Below, piece by piece: positions 37,769 through 47,204 of a DNA stretch of 64,000 nucleotides. The DNA comes from a virus. Numbering within the stretch: the first letter of the stretch is position 1; each line of letters begins with the position of its first letter. Where the stretch lies: IMG/VR virus record IMGVR_UViG_3300029171_000004. The stretch is one strand, 5' to 3'. The notes below the pieces were generated by a model. It had not been told where the DNA came from, ran no database searches, and worked only from the letters and a program-made list of their open reading frames with translations. A program made the translations under genes and the position numbers.

Positions 37769-38210
37769 CTTTACCTTTTTCTTTTTCGAGTTTTTCTGCT
37801 AATTTCTTTTTCTTTTTTGCCATGCCAGGTTTTGGTCCACGTTTCTTTTTTCTGCCACGCTTTTTACCAGATGGTTTATCTTTTTTTTCTTCAGGTTCTT
37901 TTTTGATTTCTTCTGTAATAGTTGGTATATCTGAAACCATGTTTATAAATGCAACTGGGTCTGGTGGAGACATCGGAATAACTGGCAATATTTCTTGAGC
38001 GACTTGTGTTACTTTTATATCTAAATCTTCAATTTCAGAAGTTTTAATAAGATTCTTGCGTTCATACAAAATCATAGACTTTGTGTTGGTGTCAAAATCA
38101 CACCATGTAGATTCATCTGCGTTTAACACCACCCTTATTTCTTGATTATCTTGTTTCAAAAAAAAGTCAAGCTTGATATTTGAGATATTTTCTACTTTGA
38201 GTTTTTTCAT
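37734..38210 (-). CDS. hypothetical protein with basic low-complexity tail
   Basis: KKRGRKKKRGPKPG AT-hook-like tail. Confidence 0.6.
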   Translation of the reverse strand: MKKLKVENISNIKLDFFLKQDNQEIRVVLNADESTWCDFDTNTKSMILYERKNLIKTSEIEDLDIKVTQVAQEILPVIPMSPPDPVAFINMVSDIPTITEEIKKEPEEKKDKPSGKKRGRKKKRGPKPGMAKKKKKLAEKLEKEKGKDGNSENIQDKP

Positions 38211-38261
38211 CAGTTTTGATTTTTACAAAATATATCAATAATACATATAAAAAACAAATAA

Positions 38262-38288
38262 AAAATCCACCTTGTTGGGGTGGATTTT
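38262..38288. terminator. intrinsic terminator
   Basis: AAAATCCACC-loop-GGTGGATTTT with T tracts on both sides. Confidence 0.8.
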
Positions 38289-38302
38289 ATTTTTTAGAAC
38301 CC

Positions 38303-39997
38303 TTATTTAAGTTTAAAGTTTGGGTTCAATATTAATTGACCTGAGTTCAAATCTTTAATGTATGCTTTGCTTTCGTTAAGGTAATCTTCCTCAAAAACTT
38401 TAAACATTGCGTTAGATAATGAGTTTGGTTTTGGAACCATAATAACACTCTTTCCATCCACTTGTTCGTCTGCGCTTACATCAACTCGTGTTCTAAACTT
38501 ATTTTCTTCTTCGTTAATATTTTCTTTAATTTCATTAACAGTTGGAACAAACGTTTCATCTTCAATTACGCTTTCAGCTTTTCTAATCGTTTCAGACGAT
38601 TCAAAAAGAGCAAGTTTTTTCCATCTATTCTCTTGTTGTTCTTTTGTTCTCTGTTCGGTAATAACATATCTTTTGTTAATACCTTTTTCTTCGTTCTCTT
38701 TCAAAGACGCAAATTTCTTTTTAATTAATGATTCAGTAAGCATTGTTTCATCTGTTCCTTTTGATACGCTTTCGTTGGTTTTTTTAATGTTTTCAGCATG
38801 CTGTCCCATTACGAAATTTTTGTCCATACCTTTAGGAACATAACCAGAACCAGGAATGAGCTCTACTGTTGACCAGAAGGTATCGCCTTCCTTCATTTCT
38901 TTTTTAATTTGAGGTTTTGATTGTTTGTTTTTTGCGTAGTTCGTTTCTTCAAATTTCTTTTTGTTTGCTTTTTCTTTTTCTGTACCAATATTTAAATCTC
39001 CACCTGGTTTAAAAGCGTATGGAGTAGCAAAAGCTCCACCTGCAGCGTTTCCACCAGAAGCAGTTATTTCTTGTATCGCAAGTTCTTTTTCAAGTTCTTC
39101 AAAAAAGGTTTTCTTCTCAGAAGGCTTTAGTTCATTAACTGCAACACATCCAAATTTTTTTAATTTGTTTTTCGCAGCTGTTTTAACATCGCCATCTTCT
39201 AACTCATCCAAATCATCGAAAAGGAGTTTTCCTGGGCTATTAGCAGCTATCACTTCTGGGCTATTGGCTTTTACACCATCAGAATCTTTTTCTTTACCTT
39301 CATTGATGTAATTATCCATAGCATTGATAAGTTCTTCATCAGAAGCTGTCATTAAGTTTTTTAAATTGTAGTTTTTCATAGAGTTTTCAACCATTGAGTT
39401 TGTGCTTTTTTCAGTCCCATCTTCAACACCAAGTTTCGTTTTGGTGATGTGAGCAACTTCTTTTTCAGCATAAGTTGTAAATAACTTGTTAAGTTGTGCT
39501 TTAAATTGTTCAACAGAGTCAATTACAAAGCTTTCTTTTTGATTTAACATGTGATAACCCTCTTTTGAACCATGTCCTCTAAAAGAGCCAGATTCTGAAG
39601 TTTTATATGTCATTTCAATTGTTTTGTTCTTGGCATCCCACTCTATATTTACTTCAGAAATAGTTTTCTTTCCGCCAAAATAGATGATTTTTTCAAAGTA
39701 ACTATTTGTAGTTTGATTTGAAGATAATCTAACATTGAAGTGGTTTAATTCTGTGCCAGCACCCATAGTAGTTCCATCGGCATATTCGCCAGCTACCTTA
39801 TCGGATTTCTTATACCCTAATTTTTCAAAAGCTTTTATAGTGGTTTTAATAGCAGCCTCTTGAATTGCTTCGAAAACGTCTGTTTTAAACTTTTGTTGTT
39901 CACTAAAGCTCTCTGTTTGACGTGGGTACCCTTCTGGGTATGCTTTTTCTTTGTCGGCCATACGTGGAGTTTTATAATAAATATCCAGAAAAAACAT
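38303..39997 (-). CDS. large acidic late-type protein, candidate internal head protein
   Basis: Many (I/L)xE motifs, EITASGG..GGAFATPYAF; TATTTATTA precedes internal MADKE start. Confidence 0.6.
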   Translation of the reverse strand: MFFLDIYYKTPRMADKEKAYPEGYPRQTESFSEQQKFKTDVFEAIQEAAIKTTIKAFEKLGYKKSDKVAGEYADGTTMGAGTELNHFNVRLSSNQTTNSYFEKIIYFGGKKTISEVNIEWDAKNKTIEMTYKTSESGSFRGHGSKEGYHMLNQKESFVIDSVEQFKAQLNKLFTTYAEKEVAHITKTKLGVEDGTEKSTNSMVENSMKNYNLKNLMTASDEELINAMDNYINEGKEKDSDGVKANSPEVIAANSPGKLLFDDLDELEDGDVKTAAKNKLKKFGCVAVNELKPSEKKTFFEELEKELAIQEITASGGNAAGGAFATPYAFKPGGDLNIGTEKEKANKKKFEETNYAKNKQSKPQIKKEMKEGDTFWSTVELIPGSGYVPKGMDKNFVMGQHAENIKKTNESVSKGTDETMLTESLIKKKFASLKENEEKGINKRYVITEQRTKEQQENRWKKLALFESSETIRKAESVIEDETFVPTVNEIKENINEEENKFRTRVDVSADEQVDGKSVIMVPKPNSLSNAMFKVFEEDYLNESKAYIKDLNSGQLILNPNFKLK

Positions 39998-40005
39998 ATA
40001 ATAAC

Positions 40006-40032
40006 AAAAAATCTCACCATATGGTGAGATTT
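40006..40032. terminator. intrinsic terminator
   Basis: AAATCTCACCAT/ATGGTGAGATTT palindrome with A tract. Confidence 0.75.
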
Positions 40033-40034
40033 CT

Positions 40035-40343
40035 TTAGTCTATTAAGCCTCTTTTTTTCCAAATTTGCCAAGTCTCTGGATCAATACCCTGTAACCCTGG
40101 ATTATCGTGATAAATAACGTTTTCAAACATATAGCCAGAAAATCTTTTGCTAGTAATTATTTTTTTTGTTGGTCTAAGCATTGTGGTGTGATCCATTGTA
40201 AGCTCATTCATGTTTGTCACCTCGTGGTTTTCGGTTCTATAAACTTTGGTTGCAAAAAGCCAAAATTTATAGTTCCACACAGTGTTTAACACGTAGAATC
40301 TTAGGCTTGAATGTTTCCACCATTTTTTAAACATATGAACCAA
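40035..40343 (-). CDS. hypothetical protein
   Basis: ORF in packed minus-strand run. Confidence 0.5.
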   Translation of the reverse strand: MVHMFKKWWKHSSLRFYVLNTVWNYKFWLFATKVYRTENHEVTNMNELTMDHTTMLRPTKKIITSKRFSGYMFENVIYHDNPGLQGIDPETWQIWKKRGLID

Positions 40344-40566
40344 TTGTTATCGGCATTATTATGAAATAAATAATAAACGCAGAAAAACTGACTAATGATA
40401 CGACAATAAAGTAAAACTTAAAATTAAACTTTAGTCTTTCCCAAAGGGAAAGCATGTCATATCCCTCTGTTTTTTTAACAGCGCTAAAGTCTTTAAATAC
40501 TTCTCTGGTTAAAAAACCAGCTACCAAAAGTAAGAACCCTAATATTATTTTAAGCAGTATCACCAT
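40327..40566 (-). CDS. small two-TM membrane protein
   Basis: Two hydrophobic helices. Confidence 0.6.
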   Translation of the reverse strand: MVILLKIILGFLLLVAGFLTREVFKDFSAVKKTEGYDMLSLWERLKFNFKFYFIVVSLVSFSAFIIYFIIMPITIGSYV

Positions 40567-40825
40567 CAGATTGTTTGTTTTGTTGATCCCCTTCGTTTTC
40601 TGGTAAATTTTGAACTTTCATGGCTAACATTTGCATCTTTAAACTAAGTGCTTGTTGGTAGTTTTGATTTGCTATTGCCAGGTCCGATATTTTAGATGCA
40701 AGCTTTTTAGCGGCCTCATTTTCGTAAACCACATTTGAAGACAGTATAGAGTTAACATCGTACATGATAACATCCACTTTTGCTTTAAGCACTGAAATAG
40801 CTGCGTCTAAAATATCTACATTCAT
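40550..40825 (-). CDS. hypothetical coiled-coil protein
   Basis: 91 aa ORF. Confidence 0.6.
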   Translation of the reverse strand: MNVDILDAAISVLKAKVDVIMYDVNSILSSNVVYENEAAKKLASKISDLAIANQNYQQALSLKMQMLAMKVQNLPENEGDQQNKQSDGDTA

Positions 40826-40827
40826 AT

Positions 40828-41433
40828 TTATGCGTTTTCTGCTTTAGCGTTCTTCTTAGCTTCTCGTTTTGCTTTAGCATCTTCCTTTTTTTGCCTTTTT
40901 TCTTCAGCGGCTTGTTCGGCTAATTGCTCTGCGCTTTTAGAAACTACTTGCGAAGTTCTTAAAACCTCAAGCGCACCAAAACAATCTAAACTATCCTGGT
41001 ACTCCCTAACGTCTGTTGGGCGTTTTTTAGCTTCAATTTCAGCCATATCTTTACCTGGGGCCAATTTAATTCCGCAAAGAACTTTATCTAGTTGAATTGC
41101 TTTTGTTTTAGTATCTAGGTTTCTCCAAACTGGATAGCTAATACAAACGAAATAATCAAAACTATTGTCGTTGTCAGTTTCAAGTGGATCTCTATCTTGT
41201 AGCTTTCCAATAATATATACGCCGCCCTCTTTTAAAAGTTTTGGGAGATAATAAAATTTAATTCTTTCTGGCTCTATCTCTGAGTTGTGAGGGGTATGCT
41301 TTTTAATGAATTTAGCATATGGTCTCAATTCATCATCTGCTGGTTGACGCTCCCATTTAGCGGCTGCATCAAAATTGGGCGTGGTAATTTTGGATAATTC
41401 TGAAAATACTGAATCATTAAATGTTGTACTCAT
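40828..41433 (-). CDS. phage metallopeptidase-like protein lacking HExxH
   Basis: FDYFVCISYPVWRNL..KAIQLDKVLC...DVREYQD. Confidence 0.45.
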   Translation of the reverse strand: MSTTFNDSVFSELSKITTPNFDAAAKWERQPADDELRPYAKFIKKHTPHNSEIEPERIKFYYLPKLLKEGGVYIIGKLQDRDPLETDNDNSFDYFVCISYPVWRNLDTKTKAIQLDKVLCGIKLAPGKDMAEIEAKKRPTDVREYQDSLDCFGALEVLRTSQVVSKSAEQLAEQAAEEKRQKKEDAKAKREAKKNAKAENA

Positions 41434-41493
41434 TTGTCTAGTTTTTTAAAATGTTGATGTAAAGATAAAGATCAAAAGTGTAAAAATCAAATT

Positions 41494-42018
41494 TTACCTA
41501 TGAATTCTTTGATTGTTGGTGTCTAGTACATTTTTAGCAAAAATACCCATACCCTTGTTTTTACCAGCTCCGCCAGCTTTTCTTAAATTATCTTTTGTGC
41601 TTTGGTTTTCTCTGTGGAATCTTTCAAGTTCGCTTTTAACCCATTGGTTTCCAGCTTCAGCGCCACGTAAATTCCAAGCTTGCATAATATGCTTTTCTTC
41701 GTCAGTTTTTGGACCACCTTGTTGTTTTATTCTAGTAACTGCAGCCGCATTTGTACTAAAAAAAGTGGCCAACTTTTTCATCTGATCTACGTTTTGACTT
41801 TTTTTATCAGCAAGTTCTACTGCTTTTTCTTTTCCAGAACCTTGATTAGTGTTTTCTATAGCGTAATCAGAAACATTAAGTTGGGCCAGTGCTTCTTGTG
41901 CTTTTTTGGCAACATTATCTGGGGGCGAAAAACTTTTGTTATAGTTATACTCACCAACCTCAGAGATTATAGCCCTAAGCCTCTCTAAAATTTCTTCTTT
42001 TAGAAGCTTTTTTTCCAT
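41494..42018 (-). CDS. conserved phage head-associated-type protein
   Basis: PPDNVAKKAQEAL..GKEKAVELA..AWNLRGAEAGNQW; N-terminal LKEE/ISE motifs. Confidence 0.55.
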   Translation of the reverse strand: MEKKLLKEEILERLRAIISEVGEYNYNKSFSPPDNVAKKAQEALAQLNVSDYAIENTNQGSGKEKAVELADKKSQNVDQMKKLATFFSTNAAAVTRIKQQGGPKTDEEKHIMQAWNLRGAEAGNQWVKSELERFHRENQSTKDNLRKAGGAGKNKGMGIFAKNVLDTNNQRIHR

Positions 42019-42020
42019 TG

Positions 42021-42476
42021 TTATTTAGACATCATTTTTAAAACCACTGTTTTTATATCCAAAGCTGCTTTAGCTGGAAAACCTAAAGTTTGTAGGTGCC
42101 AATTAACTTCATCATAAAAACCCATGTCTTTAACAGGGGCACCAGACTTTAAAGTTCTTGTAATGGCCAACTCTACGGCTTCATCTGGCTGTAAGGGTTG
42201 TCTAATGGTTTGGTGTGCCATTGCTGGATTACCATACATATCATTTGCAATTGTACTCACGGTTCTCACATTTCCTTGGCCCATTTCAAAAGGCATAGAG
42301 TTTTGTACATAACCTTCTTTGAAGTCTGCGTTTAATTTGCCGCCAGCCAACTCGCTTAGGCGCTTGTATTCTTTAGAAAGATCAGTTTCATTTTTTGAAT
42401 CGTCTTTCTTTTTGAAAATTTCGTCTTTCTTTTTAAAGAACTCAACAAGTTCTTTCATTCTGTTTTTTTGCTCCAT
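42021..42476 (-). CDS. hypothetical late-type protein
   Basis: 151 aa ORF with RLSELAGG motif. Confidence 0.6.
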   Translation of the reverse strand: MEQKNRMKELVEFFKKKDEIFKKKDDSKNETDLSKEYKRLSELAGGKLNADFKEGYVQNSMPFEMGQGNVRTVSTIANDMYGNPAMAHQTIRQPLQPDEAVELAITRTLKSGAPVKDMGFYDEVNWHLQTLGFPAKAALDIKTVVLKMMSK

Positions 42477-42478
42477 TT

Positions 42479-42943
42479 TTACCAGGTTATAAATCCACCG
42501 CCGTAACCGCCAGTGAAAAATTTGTTAGACTTAAGTTTTTGAGACCTTCCAAGTTTTTCTAGATCCCACGTGTTATTTGCACCAACCATTTGATTTGTTG
42601 TATTTTTTGGCATATCAGTACTCGGCATTATATTACCTTCATCATCAATAATTTCTTTAACAACTGGGGCCTCTGTTTCTTTTGAATTGAGTATAAATTC
42701 AGTCGTAAACGCCTTAAACATATCTGGGTGTTTATTGATATTATTAAGAAACCACTTTTTAAACTGTGAATAATCAGCTGTAAGAACCACTTCTTTGTTA
42801 TATGTGGTTTGGAATGTAATTTTTATCTTATCTGCAGATTTATCAATCTCAACATCGTTTACTTTGTCAATGGTATCATTATCCAAGTGTAAATGATTCT
42901 CAGATTCACTTAATATGCTTAAATACCAATCCTTTAATCTCAT
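42479..42943 (-). CDS. hypothetical late-type protein
   Basis: ILSESE motif; TATTTATTA upstream. Confidence 0.65.
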   Translation of the reverse strand: MRLKDWYLSILSESENHLHLDNDTIDKVNDVEIDKSADKIKITFQTTYNKEVVLTADYSQFKKWFLNNINKHPDMFKAFTTEFILNSKETEAPVVKEIIDDEGNIMPSTDMPKNTTNQMVGANNTWDLEKLGRSQKLKSNKFFTGGYGGGFITW

Positions 42944-42981
42944 ATGCTAATTTTATAATAAATAGCATACAAAATTATATA

Positions 42982-43362
42982 TCACAGCTTTTTAAGCCAG
43001 TTTTGGACCAGGTTTGGGTTTATAGTAAAGCCTTCAATTTTATCTTCATTTAAACTATAAATTTTAGATTGAGACTTTGGTATTGTCCCAAGAGGGGCAT
43101 TCTTTTTTTGTGCAACAACCCTAGATTCACCATCTATGAATGTGTGAAACAAGGAACATTCATCTTCAAATACTACAATCGCCCTATTTCTTTCTACAAA
43201 ATTTTTACCTTTTTCTTTATAAGAGTTGGTGTTTAGTTTTTGTAATTTCCTATCCTTAAGATCATAATAATTTATCAATTCACCTTCGTTGTTGATTTCT
43301 GAAAAGGTAATTAAATGATCTTCTTTGTCGTATAAAAAAATGCTTTTACAATTTTGATTCAT
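42982..43362 (-). CDS. hypothetical protein
   Basis: 126 aa ORF. Confidence 0.6.
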   Translation of the reverse strand: MNQNCKSIFLYDKEDHLITFSEINNEGELINYYDLKDRKLQKLNTNSYKEKGKNFVERNRAIVVFEDECSLFHTFIDGESRVVAQKKNAPLGTIPKSQSKIYSLNEDKIEGFTINPNLVQNWLKKL

Positions 43363-45394
43363 GGGTTAAATCGTCTCCTGAAAGTTTAATGTCGCCAATT
43401 GGTCTGTAAGAAATATCTTTGATAGACATCCATCTCATTAGCTCTTTTTTAAATCTGTCTTTTTTTCTAGGCATACCATCACCAAGTTCGTTTGCAAAAC
43501 CTTTTACTTGACTAAATTCAAGTCCTGTGCGCTTATCGTAATCAAAACCTATTGTGTATCTTGGTGGCTCATCATCTCCTCTTTCTGGAGATTTATCGTA
43601 TACTTGTGCCATTAAATAATAACCCTGGGCCACATGACTTGCATAAGCCGCACCGCTATGTTTCATTTCAATACCTTCGTTTATAATCATTCCTGGTGTA
43701 GAAAGAAGTTTAAATTCTAGTGGGCCATCATAATTAGAGCGATCTTCAATAAATTTAAATTTAGATACGAAATCCATGATAGAACCATTTTTTTCCTCGT
43801 CTTTTAAAACGGAAAAATACTTTACAAGATTATCGTGGTATTTAACTAACTCTTCAAAAGTCTTTATTTTGTTAAAGTCTACTTTTGGGTCGAAGTTTAA
43901 AACAACCATCATCATTAAAGTATCGTCATATGTAATGAAGTCAAATTTTTTCACATGAGAATAATCCATCCTTACAATTCCGTCCATGATTTTACAATAT
44001 TTTTTGGATTCAACTTTTGTAAAATCTAAAATTAAATCTAAGAGTCTCTTCAAATCTTTTAAGCTAGTTTTATTTCTAAAATAAATTGGATCTATTACGT
44101 TTACCAGAAATTCCAATTCATATTCTTGTAATAATTGTATTAACCCATTTTTGTCTACATGTTTAAAAAATTTAATGATTTTTTTATACTCTGAAAAACT
44201 TTTTATTTGTTTAAATATAAACTTAGATACAGTGCCGTCGCTTATTGCTTCTTGAACCTTGTATTCACCTTTGTCACGCTTAACTTTCCCCTCTTTATAA
44301 TCTGTATTAGGATTAATAACCCTGATGTTTTTTGTAATTTCTTCATCCAGGTCAGTTACTTCAACATTTTCTCCTTGATCATCGTATTTAATTCTCGTAT
44401 TTGATCTAAATTCAAAGTTGTGTACATCTTTATTGTCTTCATTAACTTCTTCATTAAGCTTCTTAATGTAATTTTGTACAAGGAAGTTAAATATCTTAAT
44501 TGGAGATGTTACGTCGTTTTCTCTTAAAACAGAAGAACTAGGTATATTACACTCTAGCATGATATCGTACAAAAAAACAGAACCCTTTGTCATTGCAACA
44601 GTTGAAAGGTTGGAATATTTAATAATACCAAAGAATATGGAGACTATTTTTTTAATTACATCTACACCAGAATCAGTAGCTTTGCCATGAAGTGTACTTA
44701 ATAGCTCCTGTATTATATTAATATTTTTTGAATCAATAACAAAGTTTGACAATCTATTAACAAATGCATGCATATCAAAAAGATTGACAACTTTACTTGT
44801 TTGAAATGTGAAAAACTTGTTTACGATTGAAATGATTTCATCAAGATCGAATTCTTGTTCTGGGTTGTCGAAACTTTTGTAATATAATTTTCTTGTTTCC
44901 TTTTCAAATCTCAACATGCTATCTACTTCATTAAACTCTACATATGTTAAAGAATCAAGGTTTGGGCTTATTACAGAATAAATAAGATACAACGAACTTT
45001 CGTTTTCTAAAAAAGAATATCCAGAAATAAAATTTTCTTTATCTAATATTAGTGTTTCCTTGTTGTTAACGGTATTAAGGTTTTTACTACAACTGGGGCA
45101 TACAACATCATCACCGAAACTAATCTTAACATCTTTAAAAATATTTTGAAGCTCTGATGCCATATCTTGATCTGTTTCGATTCCAGCGAGTGTTTTGTTT
45201 GTTTCAGCCAATTCACTTCTAGTTTCTTCGCTTTGGGCCTTTTTATTAAAAACCTCGCCGCATGAACAATAATATACATCACCTTGAGTGGTTCCAAAGT
45301 TTACAAAAGAATATTTGGAAATATATTTATCTATGTTTAAAATCATAATTTTAGTTTGTTGTGTAAAAAGTATTAAATAAAAGTGAAAAAACAA
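43346..45394 (-). CDS. large protein with N-terminal Zn-ribbon and C-terminal PcfJ-like domain
   Basis: CSCG/CPSC; IINEGIEMKHSGAAY..YTIGF..FSQVKGFAN. Confidence 0.65.
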   Translation of the reverse strand: MFFHFYLILFTQQTKIMILNIDKYISKYSFVNFGTTQGDVYYCSCGEVFNKKAQSEETRSELAETNKTLAGIETDQDMASELQNIFKDVKISFGDDVVCPSCSKNLNTVNNKETLILDKENFISGYSFLENESSLYLIYSVISPNLDSLTYVEFNEVDSMLRFEKETRKLYYKSFDNPEQEFDLDEIISIVNKFFTFQTSKVVNLFDMHAFVNRLSNFVIDSKNINIIQELLSTLHGKATDSGVDVIKKIVSIFFGIIKYSNLSTVAMTKGSVFLYDIMLECNIPSSSVLRENDVTSPIKIFNFLVQNYIKKLNEEVNEDNKDVHNFEFRSNTRIKYDDQGENVEVTDLDEEITKNIRVINPNTDYKEGKVKRDKGEYKVQEAISDGTVSKFIFKQIKSFSEYKKIIKFFKHVDKNGLIQLLQEYELEFLVNVIDPIYFRNKTSLKDLKRLLDLILDFTKVESKKYCKIMDGIVRMDYSHVKKFDFITYDDTLMMMVVLNFDPKVDFNKIKTFEELVKYHDNLVKYFSVLKDEEKNGSIMDFVSKFKFIEDRSNYDGPLEFKLLSTPGMIINEGIEMKHSGAAYASHVAQGYYLMAQVYDKSPERGDDEPPRYTIGFDYDKRTGLEFSQVKGFANELGDGMPRKKDRFKKELMRWMSIKDISYRPIGDIKLSGDDLTHESKL

Positions 45395-45429
45395 ACAGTA
45401 AGCTCGTTTAATACCTTGTATAAAACAAA

Positions 45430-45457
45430 AAAGCCAAAATATTTCTATTTTGGCTTT
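45430..45457. terminator. intrinsic terminator
   Basis: AAAGCCAAAAT-atttct-ATTTTGGCTTT. Confidence 0.75.
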
Positions 45458-45476
45458 GAAAGTTTAGTGAGTTAAT

Positions 45477-46139
45477 TTATAGCATTTTAGCAATTTTCTT
45501 TGCTTCTTCGTTGATGAATTTCAACATCTCTTGTTTGTTTTTAAAAGATTCTGGAAGTTGTATAGCTTTTGCTATTTTTTCTTTAGTTTCTTTTTCGTTT
45601 TTTGCCTCTTCTGAGAATTTAGAACTTGGTTGTCCAGTGCTGTCTTTTGCACCAGCTTCTACATAAGTTTTTGCACCCTCGTCTTTAGTTTCATCCATTG
45701 AATTCATTTCAACTTTTTCGTTCTTCTCTTCAAAAGGAGTAGAAGAATCTGTTGAAGGTTGGTCATCTTTTGAGGTAAAGTCGGCATTTTTCATACCTTC
45801 AACTGAGTCACCTTTTTTAGTAGATGAACCAGCTTCAACTTTTACAGCTGCCGCCACTTTTTCATCACTACCACCCTTAGAAGGTTGTTGGTTCATATCA
45901 ACGTCCACAGTGTCCTCTGTTTTTTCAATATTTTCAGAACCAGCGTCTGGAGCCTTTGTTTTTGACTCAAACGAGCCGTTTTCCTTAGATTTAACCTTAG
46001 CACCGTCGTTTCCAATTAGCTTGTCCATGCTATTCATGTCAACCTCCATGGGGTCTCCAGCGTTAAGCATCTTCATAGCTTCGGAAATAATATATTGTTT
46101 AAAAGCATCTAGGGACATTTTTTGAACTTTTTTTTCCAT
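45477..46139 (-). CDS. acidic low-complexity late-type protein, candidate scaffold/internal protein
   Basis: IISEA, LPES, FINEEA motifs; internal VD(V/M)NxM repeats; TATTTATA upstream. Confidence 0.6.
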   Translation of the reverse strand: MEKKVQKMSLDAFKQYIISEAMKMLNAGDPMEVDMNSMDKLIGNDGAKVKSKENGSFESKTKAPDAGSENIEKTEDTVDVDMNQQPSKGGSDEKVAAAVKVEAGSSTKKGDSVEGMKNADFTSKDDQPSTDSSTPFEEKNEKVEMNSMDETKDEGAKTYVEAGAKDSTGQPSSKFSEEAKNEKETKEKIAKAIQLPESFKNKQEMLKFINEEAKKIAKML

Positions 46140-46201
46140 AATTTCTGATTTTTATTTATAAATACTAAAAAATTTCTTAAATTTGAGCCTAGACGAATAA
46201 A

Positions 46202-46717
46202 ATTTTAAAATTGAACAATCGTATAAACGCACAAATCAAGGCGAGTCAAGTAAGGCTCGTTGGCTTACCAGAGGGGCACACTGATGGTCTTTACACCTTG
46301 CAAGATGCCCTAAACTTAGCAAAAAACCTAGGACTGGACTTAATAGAAATTTCTGACAAAAACATACCTCCAGTGTGTAAAATAATGGATTTCTCTAAAT
46401 TCAAATTTGACCAGGCTAAAAAAGAGCGAGAAAAGCAGAAAAATCAAAAAACTTCTGTCACCAAAGAAATTAGGCTTAGTCAAAACATTGGTGAACACGA
46501 CATGGAATTTAAAAAAAGACACGCAGAAGAATTTCTCAAAAGAGGAGATAAGGTTAAAGTGGTTCTATTTTTTAAAGGAAGGGGTATAACATTTAAGGAT
46601 CAAGGTCAAATTGTTTTGCTTAAATTTGCAGAACTCCTTAAAGATACTGGCGTACCAGAAAGTATGCCAAAACTAGAGGGCAAACAAATGCACTTTATCA
46701 TTAAACCAAAAAAATAA
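46202..46717 (+). CDS. infC: translation initiation factor IF-3
   Basis: RINAQI..VRLVG..DLIEIS..PPVCKIMDFSKFKF..KEIRLS..HAEEFLKRGDKVKV..FKGR; no in-frame ATG, start ATT 46202 or TTG 46211. Confidence 0.95.
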   Translation: MLKLNNRINAQIKASQVRLVGLPEGHTDGLYTLQDALNLAKNLGLDLIEISDKNIPPVCKIMDFSKFKFDQAKKEREKQKNQKTSVTKEIRLSQNIGEHDMEFKKRHAEEFLKRGDKVKVVLFFKGRGITFKDQGQIVLLKFAELLKDTGVPESMPKLEGKQMHFIIKPKK

Positions 46718-47202
46718 TGAAAGAATACGATTTAAGTCTCAAAATATCTCCATCAGATAAAGAGTTTAAAAAATTAATAGGCGATGAAGCTTACGAGAAA
46801 AAAAAGGCAGAAATTCTAGCTCGTGACAAATATATGTGTTGTGGTTGTGATCGTCAACCAATGAATGGAAAAGGCTTGTTAATGCATGTAGAAAAAATAA
46901 ACGAAGAAAACCCAATAGAATCAGAATGTTCAACTCTATGCCTTGCGTGTCATGCCACCCAACACATAGATGTAGCAATAAAAAACGGTTGGGTGGAAAT
47001 AGTGAATTCTTTATTTTCTCAAAGAAGACTTATATCTGAATGTAGAACGAATAATTTCACAAATGTGGCCTCGCATGATAATACAAGAATCTTAAAAACA
47101 AAACCAGAAGAATATCTACAAAAAATACTAGATGGAACTGTGAATCCAAATACAAAGGCCAAAGTAATTTTTACTTCGGCCTTTGAGTGGGGTGACTTAT
47201 AA
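46717..47202 (+). CDS. HNH-like Zn-binding protein (IcmJ/DotN-like architecture)
   Basis: ILARDKYMCCGC...TLCLACH. Confidence 0.6.
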   Translation: MKEYDLSLKISPSDKEFKKLIGDEAYEKKKAEILARDKYMCCGCDRQPMNGKGLLMHVEKINEENPIESECSTLCLACHATQHIDVAIKNGWVEIVNSLFSQRRLISECRTNNFTNVASHDNTRILKTKPEEYLQKILDGTVNPNTKAKVIFTSAFEWGDL

Positions 47203-47204
47203 TA

